DNA of 64,000 nucleotides from Anthoceros angustus. Its lineage: Eukaryota > Plantae > Anthocerotophyta. A program made the translations under genes and the position numbers. Positions within the stretch are counted from its first letter, which is position 1. The number at the start of each line of letters is the position of its first letter. Of this stretch, positions 1-13,100 are shown one piece after another. The DNA lies in contig MU008171.1 of the NCBI GenBank assembly GCA_010909165.1, positions 310,001 through 374,000 of the forward strand. Reading direction: 5' to 3'. The notes under the pieces are model-generated. The model searched no databases. It saw only the letters and a list, made by a program, of their open reading frames with translations, and was not told the origin of the DNA.

Positions 1-3000
1 CATGTATTAGGGTTGATCTGTCCTCTGAATTGGGAAGGGGTGTCATTGAAGCCACACACAGCCCTGAATGACCTGGTTTGTAAAATCATACCCTTCATAC
101 AATAGCGCCGCAAGAGCTTGGTTTACAAGACTGATTGTGCCTGAAAATTGCACGTCTCCAGGGTGTGATGGATCTGTAGGTAAGATTGTGAATCCGGTTA
201 TCCCCATATAGACGCGTGACGGGAGGATAAAGCTTCCATGCTTAGCGGAGACCTTTACAGTAACTGGTGCAGTTAGATTGAACGAGCTCACTTCAAAGAC
301 CAAGCTCCCACTGCAATCTCCTACCACCCCCACACACATGTAATCAGCTCGCTTCAGGCAACCAGTTTACAGTACTCTGGAAAAGCACCATGGATACAGC
401 AAGGGTACAGATCTGAGAGATGAGTCCAACCTCTGGCAAGGCATAACGGCTCCCTCCAGGCCTGTGATTAGACCTGGCGATGAAGACACATGCGGATAAT
501 CCAGAATCGACGACCCGTTTACTGGATGGTACATGGATACTCTCATCAGTACGCAGTCATCTTCATGCACTCAGAAAACCAGATTCAGAAGAGTCAAGAG
601 ACTTACTGTCACTAACTATCACTGCAAATGGGCTGCCAACAATCACTTGATTATGGTAGCTGAGTGAAATGTTGTAGTTCCCAGTGTGCACAGGCTTGTA
701 AAACATAATATACTTTCCCCCGCCCATGTCAACAAAAGCTTGTTTATCTGCACTGCCTGGTCCGCTTATATCAAAGCCTATGAGATTGACGTCAGCAAGT
801 GTGGGATTGCCAAATTCATCGCTGAGAAATATATCGATCTCATCCCAGTATCGGATAGATGCTTTACGAGACAGACCTACTCCACGGGCGGACGACAGGG
901 AAGCACTTGGTGTTCCTGCACATAAGTCACCATGAAAAGAGTTTAGTGCCCAGATTTATCACAGCCAACACCTGGCCTGTGACAGTCCAGAAAAACTTAT
1001 CGAGCTCCATGTGTGCAGGGTTCATGAATAGATACCTGCATTGACGGTGAAAAAAAATGGAGACCCAAAAATTTCCACGCCACCATTGCTGACATACAGG
1101 TGATACTGCCCAGCTTGCGTTAGGTTGTAAGTCAGAGAATAGCGGGTGCCATTATCAAGAGATTGAACCTGGCAACTTGCATTCACCAGTAAATGCACTC
1201 CAAGCCTAAACACTTTTGGCACCAATATGGGAGCCGTACCATTGCTTGCCACCTCGGGAGACAAATTATTGTCGTACTGATCTCGTAGTGTGATAAGGAG
1301 GGTCAGTGGGATCCCAGCCAAAACGCTCTGAGCTCCTCCTGCCCATGTACCTGTGCATCTCGGGGTATCCAAAGCACCTGCAATGGCACCAAATTGGCTG
1401 TCGAACTGGCATACATGCCAACACCACAAACTGGACATGCTGTTTGTACCCAAAGAATATTTGGAGGTATTGTGACTCACCTGAGAGGAATGTAAAAGCG
1501 ATAGGCGGCATAGAAGCGCCAGTTTTGTCTCCAATCCTTAGCTTGAACTGACCTGCTACAGTTAGAGTGAAGGACAGCACCTGCGCAGAGCTGTTCTGTG
1601 GCACAATCTTTATTTTCGCCGAAAGAATGGTGCCATTCTGATCAAGTTGGGGAGTGATGTCATTAGCACCCACTGATACATAATTGCCATACGTGTCTTG
1701 AGCGATCAGAACAAAACTCGCTGTTTGCCCAACACGAAATGTGCTTATTCCGTTGAGCCATCCTCCAGTGCAGTTAGCTATGGAAAACTGCCCTGCACAA
1801 CGTTCAATTAGTAGCAGCAAATACGGCAGCCATGTCAAATCCAGCAAGCTGCATCTCAGGAACTTCTCAACCTGGAAAGTAGGAGTACTGGAAAGACCCG
1901 GTGATGCTCCCATCAGAGTTTCCCACTTGAAGCACGTACTGCCCAGCCTCATGCATTGTAAAACTTAAGAGCAGCATTTCTTGAGATCCATTATTGAGAG
2001 GATTGAATTGGATGTTGAGAAGATTTCCATCCAAGTTGGTCAAACCATTTTTGGCTACAGCAGTGAACACAGTACTGTTTGCAACCGAATAGACAGGATT
2101 GTGGTTCTTGTCAACTTGCTTTATAACAAAATTTGCTGCCACTCCCACAGTAAAACTATTGATTCCATTCTGCCATTCTCCGGCACAAAAGGGTATCGAC
2201 ACCTTCCCTGCATAAAAGAGACAACTAGTGAGCAATGTCTGGACATCTACTTGACCTTAATAGAAAACTGTAACAGCAAAGCGAAAGACATTGCGGGTCG
2301 AACAGAAAGCTGTCAATAACATGCACTGCTAGAACATTTACCTACCCACTGCAAATGGTCAGAAGGTCAAGTAGGCTGGACAATGTCTCACCAAAAACTG
2401 ACGCAAGAAATCTACCTGGCAATATAATTATGGAGAATGGACTGCCTGAAATAGCATCTCCAGGTGCCACAGTCCCTAAGGACACACTCAGGCTATATGG
2501 GTCAGGCTGAGCCAATGCAATCGAGTACTTAACAGAGATTATGCTCTTCTTTCCCAGATTCACAACGCTGAGCAGTAGTAGCGAAACCTTTGGGGAAATG
2601 CTAAGGAAAGCGGTTGCTGGGTAGGAAACCACAGAATTGTTGAACACGTCCTGCAGCTGGATTTGAATGGTTAAGGAGTCTCCTGCAGTTCCACCTTGCA
2701 CTCCAGTTCCTGACGCCGTACAGCTAGGTGGATCCAAAGGTCCTACAATCAGAAGTAGAACTGATGAGAATATGCACAACTGTCACCAGCCTTTCTGCCC
2801 TCAGAAAACATTCTTCAGATACATGACCAGGCAGCAGTCAGGTCCATCGATCTGATACTAATAGCCCAAGCATGCCCATTATGAAGACATGTTTACCGAC
2901 CTTAGAGTAGGCAAGGCACCTGCATAGACGAGCTTTGTGTAACCCGAAGCAAGTATTGTATTATTCCATGCAACTGTAATAAAGTAGAGTCCAGCAATTG

Positions 3001-6000
3001 TAGCATTGTAGATCACAAAGTATGTGCCATTTGTTTGAGTAGAATTCACCACATATATGGGAATAGTTGGGCCACTTTGTGTGAGAGATACATTAACTCG
3101 CAAGGTGTCTGCTTCCATTGAAGTTGGATTTCCAGAGCTGTCTTTAAGCTCTACCTCAAACTGCGATAGCTGTCCAGCATAGGAGTTTCCCAGCCCTGTT
3201 CCTTCAATTATACTCCCTTCAGTAGACTGAATAACTGCAGATATCATATTACATTAGAGAACTCATGCACGTGCTGATTGTTCTCCTCTGAATACCTCAG
3301 ATGCCTTTCCGTGCTATCTCTACAAGGTGGTGAGAACAAGCAAGATCTACCAGCTGAATCAATAAAGTGGACGTCATGGTACCCTGAGAGGAACCCGTGA
3401 AGTGAAATGCCGAGCCCTTGATGTACTGGTTTCCATCTCCAACCTGTAGGATATAGTCGCCAATCTGGGTGACCGTAAAGGTCATTGACAACTGGTTTGA
3501 GGTGCCAGCACTCTGATTTGAACTTATCACAGGCCTGATTAGCAGATCGGGTATGTTAACGGACTCAATACTCCCGGTATGATACAACGTTGCCAGAAAA
3601 CTCACTGTTCCCGCTTCCAATGTTGGAACAGGATTACCAAAGGCATCAAAGAGAGAGATCACAAGGTTTGCCACAGAACCGAGATTCAGATGATTGACAC
3701 CGTTGTACCAACTTCCACGGCAATCAGGTACAGATAGGGGTCCTACAAATCAAACCAAGTACGTTTTCTGAAGATAAAGCTATCCACATACCAAAACGCT
3801 GTACCCATGTCCGTTATGCCACGGATAAGCACAAACAAGCAACGTACCATGAAGAACAGTGAATAGAAAAGGACTGTTGGAGATACTCTGCAAACCAGAC
3901 GCGCTTGACACTTTCAAAGAAAAGTTTCCAGCGATACTGGACTCAAAAGTGATGTCCTGAAAACCAGCTAGTAGATCTGGGGCCACAGTTATTGACTCGT
4001 TATAACCTTGAACAGACACAAGGAAATTATACACTTCAAAGCTGCCGCTCAGCACGTCAACAAGATTTTCAAATTTATCCCTCTGCATCACCCGGAGAGT
4101 GACTAGACTGCCAGCCACGAACTCTGAGCCAAATATCCAGACTCCTTGACAAGCACCTGGAAACACAGGACCTGCGAGAGCATCCCCTGTATTACTGAGG
4201 ATCCGAAATTTGCAGGGTGTCTTTGATCAGCTGGTGCAAAAATGGATTCCGGTTGACAGTTTGGCAAGGTCAGTCAAGGCAGAACGTGATTAACAGCATT
4301 TGCCAACAAAATGAGGACAGGTTCCCATTTGCCAGTTCTCAATCCCTGATTCTCAAATTGTAGTGATAGAAGCTTACCAGCACTGACATTGAAGATGAAA
4401 GGTGAGCCCTTAATTCCAGTATCGGCATCCCCAACATGAAGCAAATAGGAACCAGGCGTGAAGGGCTTGAAACAAAGAGCCACTTGACCAGGGAAATTCT
4501 CATCAGAAGTCCTTGTGAGATTGAACTGTTGCATGGCTGATGGAAAGTCTACCACTTCGACAGTAAACTGGAAAATGTGACTGTTAGAAAGCGCTGGCTC
4601 CAAGTTACCATAAGCATCCATTTGCGCAACTACAAGATAAGCTGTGTCCCCTGCCACAAACGTGTTCATAGAATGGTACCAAACTCCAGTACAATCTGGA
4701 AGTGAAAGAGGACCTGCAAAACCACACCAATTAAGCACACACCTGAAGTACAGAAGAACTGAACAACTGAAGAGCAGTTTAGCCGGGAAAAGTCTGCTCT
4801 GCTCACCAATGGTTGTCGAGAAGGGAAAAGGCGAGTTCTGTACAGTTTCGGCTGCAGTACCAACTTGTATATAATACTGCCCCACTGCCCATGTAGGGAT
4901 GAAAGAAACGATAAACTTGGACTGGTCTGGATCCACACTTGTTGAATAGTTGAGGTTTCCAAGTTGGGTCATATTTGCATCCAAAAACATCACCCCTAAA
5001 CTGAAGGAACTTGAGATATTCACAACATTGTGAAAAGAATCGTACAGTGTAATCATAAGAGCTCCCGTATCAACTCCTGTTTGGAATACATTTTTCCCAG
5101 GCCATGTACCACTGCTCATTGACACGTTCACAGAACCTGGAGACATATCACAGCAAACCAAAGCAAGTCAAACACACACCAGCTTATTTTCCATATCCAG
5201 CAACCCCATCATAGACGAGATCGGCACCAGACTAAAAATATTGGATCATGGTATTCTGCACAAAAAACCTCACTCTGAGCTTACTAACGAAACCGATGCC
5301 TTCCGATACAGACTGCTAATACCCAAGAAACCAAACTGAGATCCTCCTTCCTGGCTTGCTAAGTTCTCTAAATGCTAAGGTGGGTTCGATGGGGTTCTCC
5401 GAACCTGTAATCACCGTGAAGGGTACTGGTACATTCGATAAACTCTGTCCCTTCAGAAATACGAAGAAATCAAAGGATCCAGCAATTATTGGAGTGAAGG
5501 CCAGATAGTAACAGCCCGCACATTGCGGATTTCCTGACTGCTGGAATCCCCCTGGTGCAATGGAGACATTTGCGTAGTTTTGCTGGATGTAGCAGTCAAA
5601 GTTCACAATCTCTGAGCTGCCCGTATTCTCCCAAACAACATTGCCAAATGAATCAAACTGCTCCACAACAAGCCTTGCCTCCACTCCCGCTGTGAAAGTG
5701 TTCGCGTAGTTGGGCCAGGACACAAAAGAGACGGAAGCGTCCACCGCACCTGTTACCCACCAAATTCCAAAGCCATGCAAGTAAAGCAACGCTTCTTTCC
5801 GGCCTCTTTCTTTTTTCACCTTTTCTTTTTTACTATGTTGAAAACAAGATTTCTAACAAAACTCCACGAGTGATGAGGAACAAACCAGCCACAAATTCTA
5901 CATCAGGATTGTTGGCAGATGTTGCCAAAAAGCTGCTCGGTACAGATTGATTTGGAGCATTTTGTGCGACATATAACTCATTGAAACCAAGATGAACATG

Positions 6001-6396
6001 GTATGATGATGAACCAACCAAGTTGTTTTGAGCTAAGCAAGTAACAGGATATATTCCATAAGCTGATATTTGATAGTTGCCAACAACACATAGAGTATTT
6101 GGGGCACTTCGATTGTTTTGATCCAAAATGCTGATATTGAATACGTAGTTTGTCCCGCTATAAAATCTACATTTTTCACAATTCTCACAATATTGACCGG
6201 TTGTGTTGCAAAATAATCTCCCACAGTAGATATCAAAAGCCACAATAGAGAAATTTGTAGGTTTGCCTTCCACAATCGTGAGTGGATTGGGACAATCAAG
6301 ATATGTGCAATATCCTTCATCGATCCAACCAGTAGCATTCCACCATTCATCTTGTTTTGTTACTACAAAAATTTGAAGTAAATCACACCATTGCAA
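1..6396 (-). CDS. GEX2-like multi-filamin/Ig-repeat protein, multi-exon; 3' end runs off the left edge, 5' end uncertain (possibly up to ~7190)
   Basis: Successive minus-strand ORFs (5316-5819, 4274-5161, 3780-4166, 3297-3674, 2879-3247, 2342-2779, 1867-2235, 1266-1952, 1022-1534) each carry a filamin-like unit (GP..C.G.W....F.AG...D.FGN....G.Y.L.V.....I.GSPF.F.V) separated by ~100-nt GT-AG introns. ORF 43-339 (VSAKHGS...FSGTISLVNQALAALLY) resembles the GEX2 C-terminal Ig region and the equivalent part of the plus-strand paralogue. Confidence 0.75.
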
Positions 6397-7199
6397 AAGA
6401 TCAAGGTTGTATTATTCTCACTCAAACAACTTAATCAACTACAAAACAAGATAAGTTGAAAGTATAAGTAAGTACAATAAGATGGAAATGCTTGTGTTCC
6501 TAAGACAAATGAAATCAAGTACACTAATATTTGTTGCCAAAACCACATTTGATTCACCCTTCTTCAATATTAATCAATAACTTCTTGAATTCTTATCCTA
6601 CTTGATAATAAAAATATTGATATGTAAGAACATGGGAATGAGTAGCTGTTGTTATTTTTATTCAGCCCAAATGGCACATAATTCTGACACCAAGAATAGA
6701 TCTCAATGCTCTATTCTGTTATGGTTCTAGTGTGAAATCTATGCAAGTAAGCATTTGTGCATCATAGTTAGCATTTTGAGCTGGCTGAAAAAATATATGG
6801 ACTATGTACATATGTAGATAGCAGTAGAGAGAGAAAATGTCCGGATTTTTGGCAGGCTATTCGGCCGACAAGTCATTTCATGGAGTTTATCTCGCCCGGC
6901 GATGACCGTGTTGGTACTACTAGGTCGGTATTTTAGCGAGCTGCAGAAAAAACAATGAAAAATAGGAAAGTGGGCGATCATGGGCCCGGGACATGGCGGG
7001 TAAGGTTGTTGAAGTGACGTGGTGGAGGACAAAAATGGGGCCACTTCTCAGTCGAGGGCAGCAGCTTTCAAATTTCTTGCAGGTGGTGGTGGGTGTTTCT
7101 CCACATCCGGGCGGTCCATTTTTTTGATATCGGAGCAACAATAGCAAATTGGAAGCCGTTCCCTCAGGGTGACGCAAGTTTGCAAGATCCAAGATCAGG

Positions 7200-10100
7200 T
7201 TGCAGAATGCCAGGATGATGATGAAGTTGCATATTCACGACAGAGCAGGTGTTTGGTTTTCCACCCTATCAGCACTTGGGTCTGGCCTTGAGCCCCTGTT
7301 TCTTTCCCTGCTCTTGTGCTGCAATTTCCTGCAGCGGGCTACTGTAACAGGCTTCAAAGTGAGCGGTAAGCTTGGGGCTAAGGAGGGGTGTGGCTGTTGG
7401 AGGCAAATAGAGTTCGAATCTGAGCTGCTTTTCGTTTCTGTTGTCCCGTGCAGGACCTCCTGTGGCTACCGGCAGTTCAGCTTTATGGGACAGTGACAAT
7501 GTACTCACTGCCGGTAGCCTTGCAAGGATGAACCTGTCTTTGATGAACACCACTGGCCTTCCTGCACTAAGGGATGCCTGGGTTGAAAACTATGAAGGTT
7601 ATCTTGGTTTCTCTTTCGTGGATGGAACTGGGACAGAAACTTCAGGCCCTCCAATACATCTGGACTCCATAACCTTACCAGGCTTGCAGCGCATAAGTTT
7701 TAATTACACGACAGCGGGCTCCTTTGCTATATGGGTAAATGTATCTGGTGTACCAATTTCAGGATCACCCTTCTCGTTCTATATAAACCCAGGTGATCAT
7801 CTGTAGCATGCCTCTTCTCCACCACACAACACACTCTAGCTCACTGCCTTCTGGGCAGCGCACCTGGTATGCCTCACGGAGCTCCTGGGCAGTCGATGAA
7901 TGATTTGTACCGCACCTGGTGTTCCAAGTTATGGTATCAAATCTGCAGAAAACGGTCAGATCACTAACAAATGTGTGGTGTGGATTCAGGGCCCCCTAAT
8001 TATCCTGCTTGTGTTGGTTCCTGGGTAGATGGTGTTCATGATTTCTCCATCGATACACAGGCTACTGTGGCAATTACGCTGGTGGACGTTTATAACAATG
8101 ACGTCTACCTATCAGCTACAGATGCCGGCAACAATTTACTTGCCTACTTTTTGGGAGTTCAAGACTACACGTCCACAATCTTTTCGAAGACCATGAACAA
8201 GAACATTGAATCGGTGACTTTCAATACTCAACTGGCGGGCAACCTGACGCTGGGTATTGTAAGTAGGGATTTCAAGGATATCAAGAACTCGCCTTTTCGT
8301 CTTTTCGTATCCGCAGGTACTATTTTGATAATATCGCAATGGATCCTGTTGTAGAACACTAGCTTCCCACATGCATGCTTCTGCTGGTTTAAATGTGCAC
8401 CACAGAGTACATTCCATTGTACCATATCATCATGTCACCCACATAAGTCTGGAGTTCTGGCATCTGCATGTTGTATGCTTCCTCTCGGCTTTGTGCCATA
8501 ATGTGAGAACTTCTGTGATGCAGGCCCTGTTTCTTTAGTGAAGTCGGTAGGTGTTTGGTACCCAGATAATATTCCACTTGTGCAAGCAGGGAACCAGGGA
8601 AAATATGTCGTCACTCAGAAAGACAGATATGGTAACACTATATGTCCTGCGAATGGAAACCAGGGGATGATCAATTTGACAGCCTATATCACGGTTTTCG
8701 CGAGTGTAGGATCACTGGTCATCTCAGCACAGGTTGATACGACTGTCGGTCAGACGACATTTACATTTACTCCGACTTTTACAGGGAAATTTCCCTTTAC
8801 AGTCCAGGACTCTGGTGGTTCAGCTATTGCTGGTCTGCCCCAAAGTCTCACGGTGATTCCAGGCAGGTCATCTTCTCTTGAAGGATTCTGTTGCTATTGT
8901 TCCGAGTCCCTTTGTTGTATCGCCAGAGAGGGGATGGTCGCAGGGCTGCTTGACCGAAGTTTCGAAATAACAGGGAGAGACATACTGTTACTGATGCTTT
9001 GGAGCCCTCCTTGACTTGGAATGAACAGGTCCAGTATCCACCCAACACTGCGTGGCAACCCTTCTTTACTCTACAACGAGAGCGGATGGAATCCCTCTCT
9101 TTCATGCAGGGGTACTGGCTACAGTAGTGATTCGCCTTTTGGATGTGTTCGGAAACGTAGTGTGCTACCAATATGGTGCAACGAACATCTCCTTCGACTT
9201 CACTGTGACGTTGGCGAATGAACCTCTAGTCGCGATAGCTGAATTGACCTGGGCTCCAAGAGATGGTTCAGGGTCGCAGAAACTAACCTTCATCCCAGTT
9301 TCTGCCGGCGCAACAGTTCATCAGCTGCAGATAGGACAAGGCACTCAGGCTGTAGGAAATACACCACTGAGCTTTGCAATCTCCCCTGGTAAGGCAGTCG
9401 ACAACCCTCCTTCTCATCTATGCAAATGCAAGCCTTCTTTGACTCTAGTGTCAAGCAAAAGCTGCCGATGGCTAGCTAGAATCTCCGCTGTTAAAGTTAC
9501 TAGGATCTATTCAAATTTTGCTACAGGGTCTAACTCTCCATCTGTGTCATCAGGGACCCTGTCTCCAGCGAACTGCACAGGCGCCTGGCTGATGTCAGGC
9601 AGCCGTTCTTTTGGAGTGGCTGGCACAAATGTAAATCTCAGAGTGTACCTGATGGACTGCTGCGGCAACAACTTAACAATAGCCAATGGTCTGTTGGCAT
9701 ATCCCTCCTTCTCTGTGAGCATGCAGGGCTGGGAGTCCGTGGGAACATCCTACAAAGGTGGGATACTTGGAAGTATTACGACCACTAATGGTGATGGTTA
9801 TGTCGACCTGACCTTCATCCCAGTAATAGCTGGCCGGGGTAGCGTTCTTGTGTATGCAAGTGGCTCTGGTGTCACGGCTCAGCTGCAAAACAGCCCTTTC
9901 AGCATCATCTTGCCTGCTGGTGAGAGGCATGATTTATCGGAGGCATCTGGCTTTGTTCCATACCTGTGATCAGTTAATTCACCCTTGTGGGTACTACTGT
10001 GGCTTCCTCAGGTCCAGTGTATCCGCCCAATTGCTTTTTCTTTTTCTCCCAAGGCGACACTTTTCATGCTGGCAGTACAGCTATAATCGAAGTGGTCCAA

Positions 10101-13100
10101 GTGGATTCCTTCGGGAATGTTGTGGGGCCACAGAACTATCAGTCTCAGTCGGTGCAGTTCAATGGCAGCGTGTATGAAAATGGTGTTCCTTTGCCTGCAG
10201 TGACGGTCAGTTTGGCAGGACCCATTCAGGGATCATATAATGGCACATGGATATTGACGAAAGCTTCTGATCAGTACAGCATTCGTCTATCGGGATTAGA
10301 TCACAGAGCCACTGTTGCAACCTATACCCCGGTCCTGGCCACTGATTCCACCTTTACGGTTCTGCCAGGTACAGGATGACGCGTTGCTCTGTTGTGCACA
10401 CCAAAGGTGTCGGATCCTCTAACGAAGGACTTGTCTACTCTTCCCTGGTGGCAGCTGAAGTGAATGCAAGCCACTCAGTCGTGCGATCTGGAACCAATTT
10501 TGGAGACCCGTTGCCTGCGATCTGTGTGAGCAAGACTGTGTATGCCGGTGTGAATGACAAAATTCAGATTGAGCTTCGAGATGCGTACTCTAACAATATA
10601 GCGTCCCTTTTTCAAAACTGGAATTCCTACCACTTCCTGAAATTTGGCTTGAGTGTACTGAACGGTCCCAACGACATAACAGCTACTGTGCTCAGCCAAG
10701 TGACGAATGTGCCCAACCCAGATGGATCTTCTCTTCAAGCAATTACCTTTCTACCCTGTCTGGTAGGACAGTTTGACCTCCAGGTCACAGGTGGCATGGG
10801 GGAGACACCTATTTGTGGCAAAACGACCCTGTACGTCATGGCTGGTAAGAGAAAGCTGAACCTTCTCAATGGATCATCATAGCTTGACTTAGGTCCCTTG
10901 TGGTGAAAACGGAAGAGCTGCAAAGGACTCACGGATGAGTTGAAGGTGGTGTGACTCTGCTTGTTGGATTGCAGGTTCTGTGTTCGTGCCTTATTGTGTG
11001 GGTAGCTGGCAATCTGGGGTCAATACAGCGCAAGCAGGATCTACAATCACTTTGGTGGTACTGCTTCGTGACGTGTATAATAATTCCTTCAGGCAACAAT
11101 TCACAAGTCCACAAGGACGTGGTTTTCGCTTCAATGTCGTGCGAACTCTGGGATATCAAAATGTAATACGGAACGTCCTTGAGACTGATCCAGATTCCAA
11201 TGGATACAGCCCGATTTCCTTCACTCCCTTACAAGCCGGCAATTTCCAGCTGGAAGTTGGCAATCAAGATCAAGCAGGCTTTAAAAGGGTCATCGGTTCC
11301 CCCTTCAATTTCATAGTCACCCCAGGTAGTTCAGCTTTCAGTTTCACAGTCGCTGGTTACTGCTGCTGGCAGCTGGGGTCTGGTTACTGCTGACAGCTAG
11401 GGGTCTGACATGCTGCGCATTTCCCTCTTGTGTAAGGTGGTCTGAAATGATGCGTGCACTGCAGGTGATGCTTCTGTGAGTAACTGTGTGGGAAGTTGGT
11501 CTGCGGGAGTGAACAAATATCAAGCTGGTGTTAATATTACCTTTCAAGTGCTGATGAAAGACAGGTTCAACAACATTGTCAGTTCACCGAACAGTGCTTC
11601 CAGCTTCCTCACCCTCACCATGACTGTTCTTGTTGGGGATGGTTCAAGGGTCATTCCCTACTACAATTACACCTATGACACGAGTCAGGGGACAGGCTAC
11701 CAGTACCTCCATTTTCAGATGCAGACTATGGGCCAGTTTCTTCTGCAGGTTGGGTCTGGGGACCAGGTGATATCTGGGTCACCGTTTCCCTTCACCATTA
11801 CCGTCGGTATGACTTATATCCTACTTTGAATAATCTTCACACATGCAGCAGCGTTTTGGTTGTTGACGTTCTGATCGTTCCCGTCATGGAAATTCTGACC
11901 GTTTTTCTGTCTTCAATGCGGCAGGCCCGCCCATGGTATCTCAGTGCGTAGGATTCTGGTCAAATCAAGTCAACGTATTCCAAGCAGGATATTCAACTGC
12001 AACATTGAATGTCCAGCTAGCAGATGCCTTTGGGAATTCTGTCACAGTTGCTAACGGAGGTAGTCCCTTGTTTATGTTCACCATCACAGTGGTTGGTGTT
12101 CAAATTACCAGAAGTGTGATAGCAAATGTGACTCAAATACCTGGGCAGCAGATTCGATTTGTTCCGATACAGGTTGGATCCTATCAGCTTAGCGTTGGGA
12201 GCAAATCTAACATCATTGGCTCCCCCTTCTCGTTCACAGTAGTTGCAGGTATGGAAATGATGTTTCTTTCACTTATACTGGTTGGCAGGATGATCGTGTT
12301 GCCTGGATTCTCAAAAATGTGCAATGAAAACCTGCAGGTCCTATATGGATTCTCAAAAATGTGCACTGAAAACCTGCAGGTCCTATATCGATACGCTCTT
12401 GCATTGGACAATGGGTTAGCGATTATCATTTCACCTCCGGCCAACTAGCAAACCTGAGTGTGTTGTTGAAGGATGCTGTTGGCAACACCGTCACGTCAAC
12501 GGGCCAGACTGGCTCTCTCTCTTTTAGTGTCAGCGTCGACGTAGGCAGCACCAAAGCCATATCAAATCTGCAAGTTTCTTCTGCTCAATCGGGCTACGTA
12601 TACATCACTTTCGGTACTGTCTTAGCAGCTCAAAGCATGAAATTGAGGGTGGGCAGCATGGTTGGTGGATCTTGGCAGGAGCAAATTTCGAACTCGCCCC
12701 TTTCATTCAGTGTCACTCCAGGTGTGTGTTGTAGCCTTGTTCTTCCATCTGCACATTTCCTTGGTCAGCCTACGCTTGATTTTGGATTTGGATTTGTAAG
12801 CAACCAGTGCTGGTCTTGTGCAGGGCCAATCCAAGCCTCTGTTTGCACTGGGGCTTGGAGGAGTGGTATCAACCAGTACCAAAGACCTGCTGTCGCACAA
12901 TTCTTTGTTACACAACGAGACTCCGCTGGCAACCCAGTCTATACAACAGCTGGTGGGGCCTTGCATCCTTTCCAAGCTACTTTGTCAATGGTGAATTCTG
13001 GAGCCTCTATGGCCATGTCGAACGTCACATGGACATTATTTCCTGGGCAATCATCAACATGTGTGCAAATTTTGAGCTTCACACCCCAACAGGATGGGTA

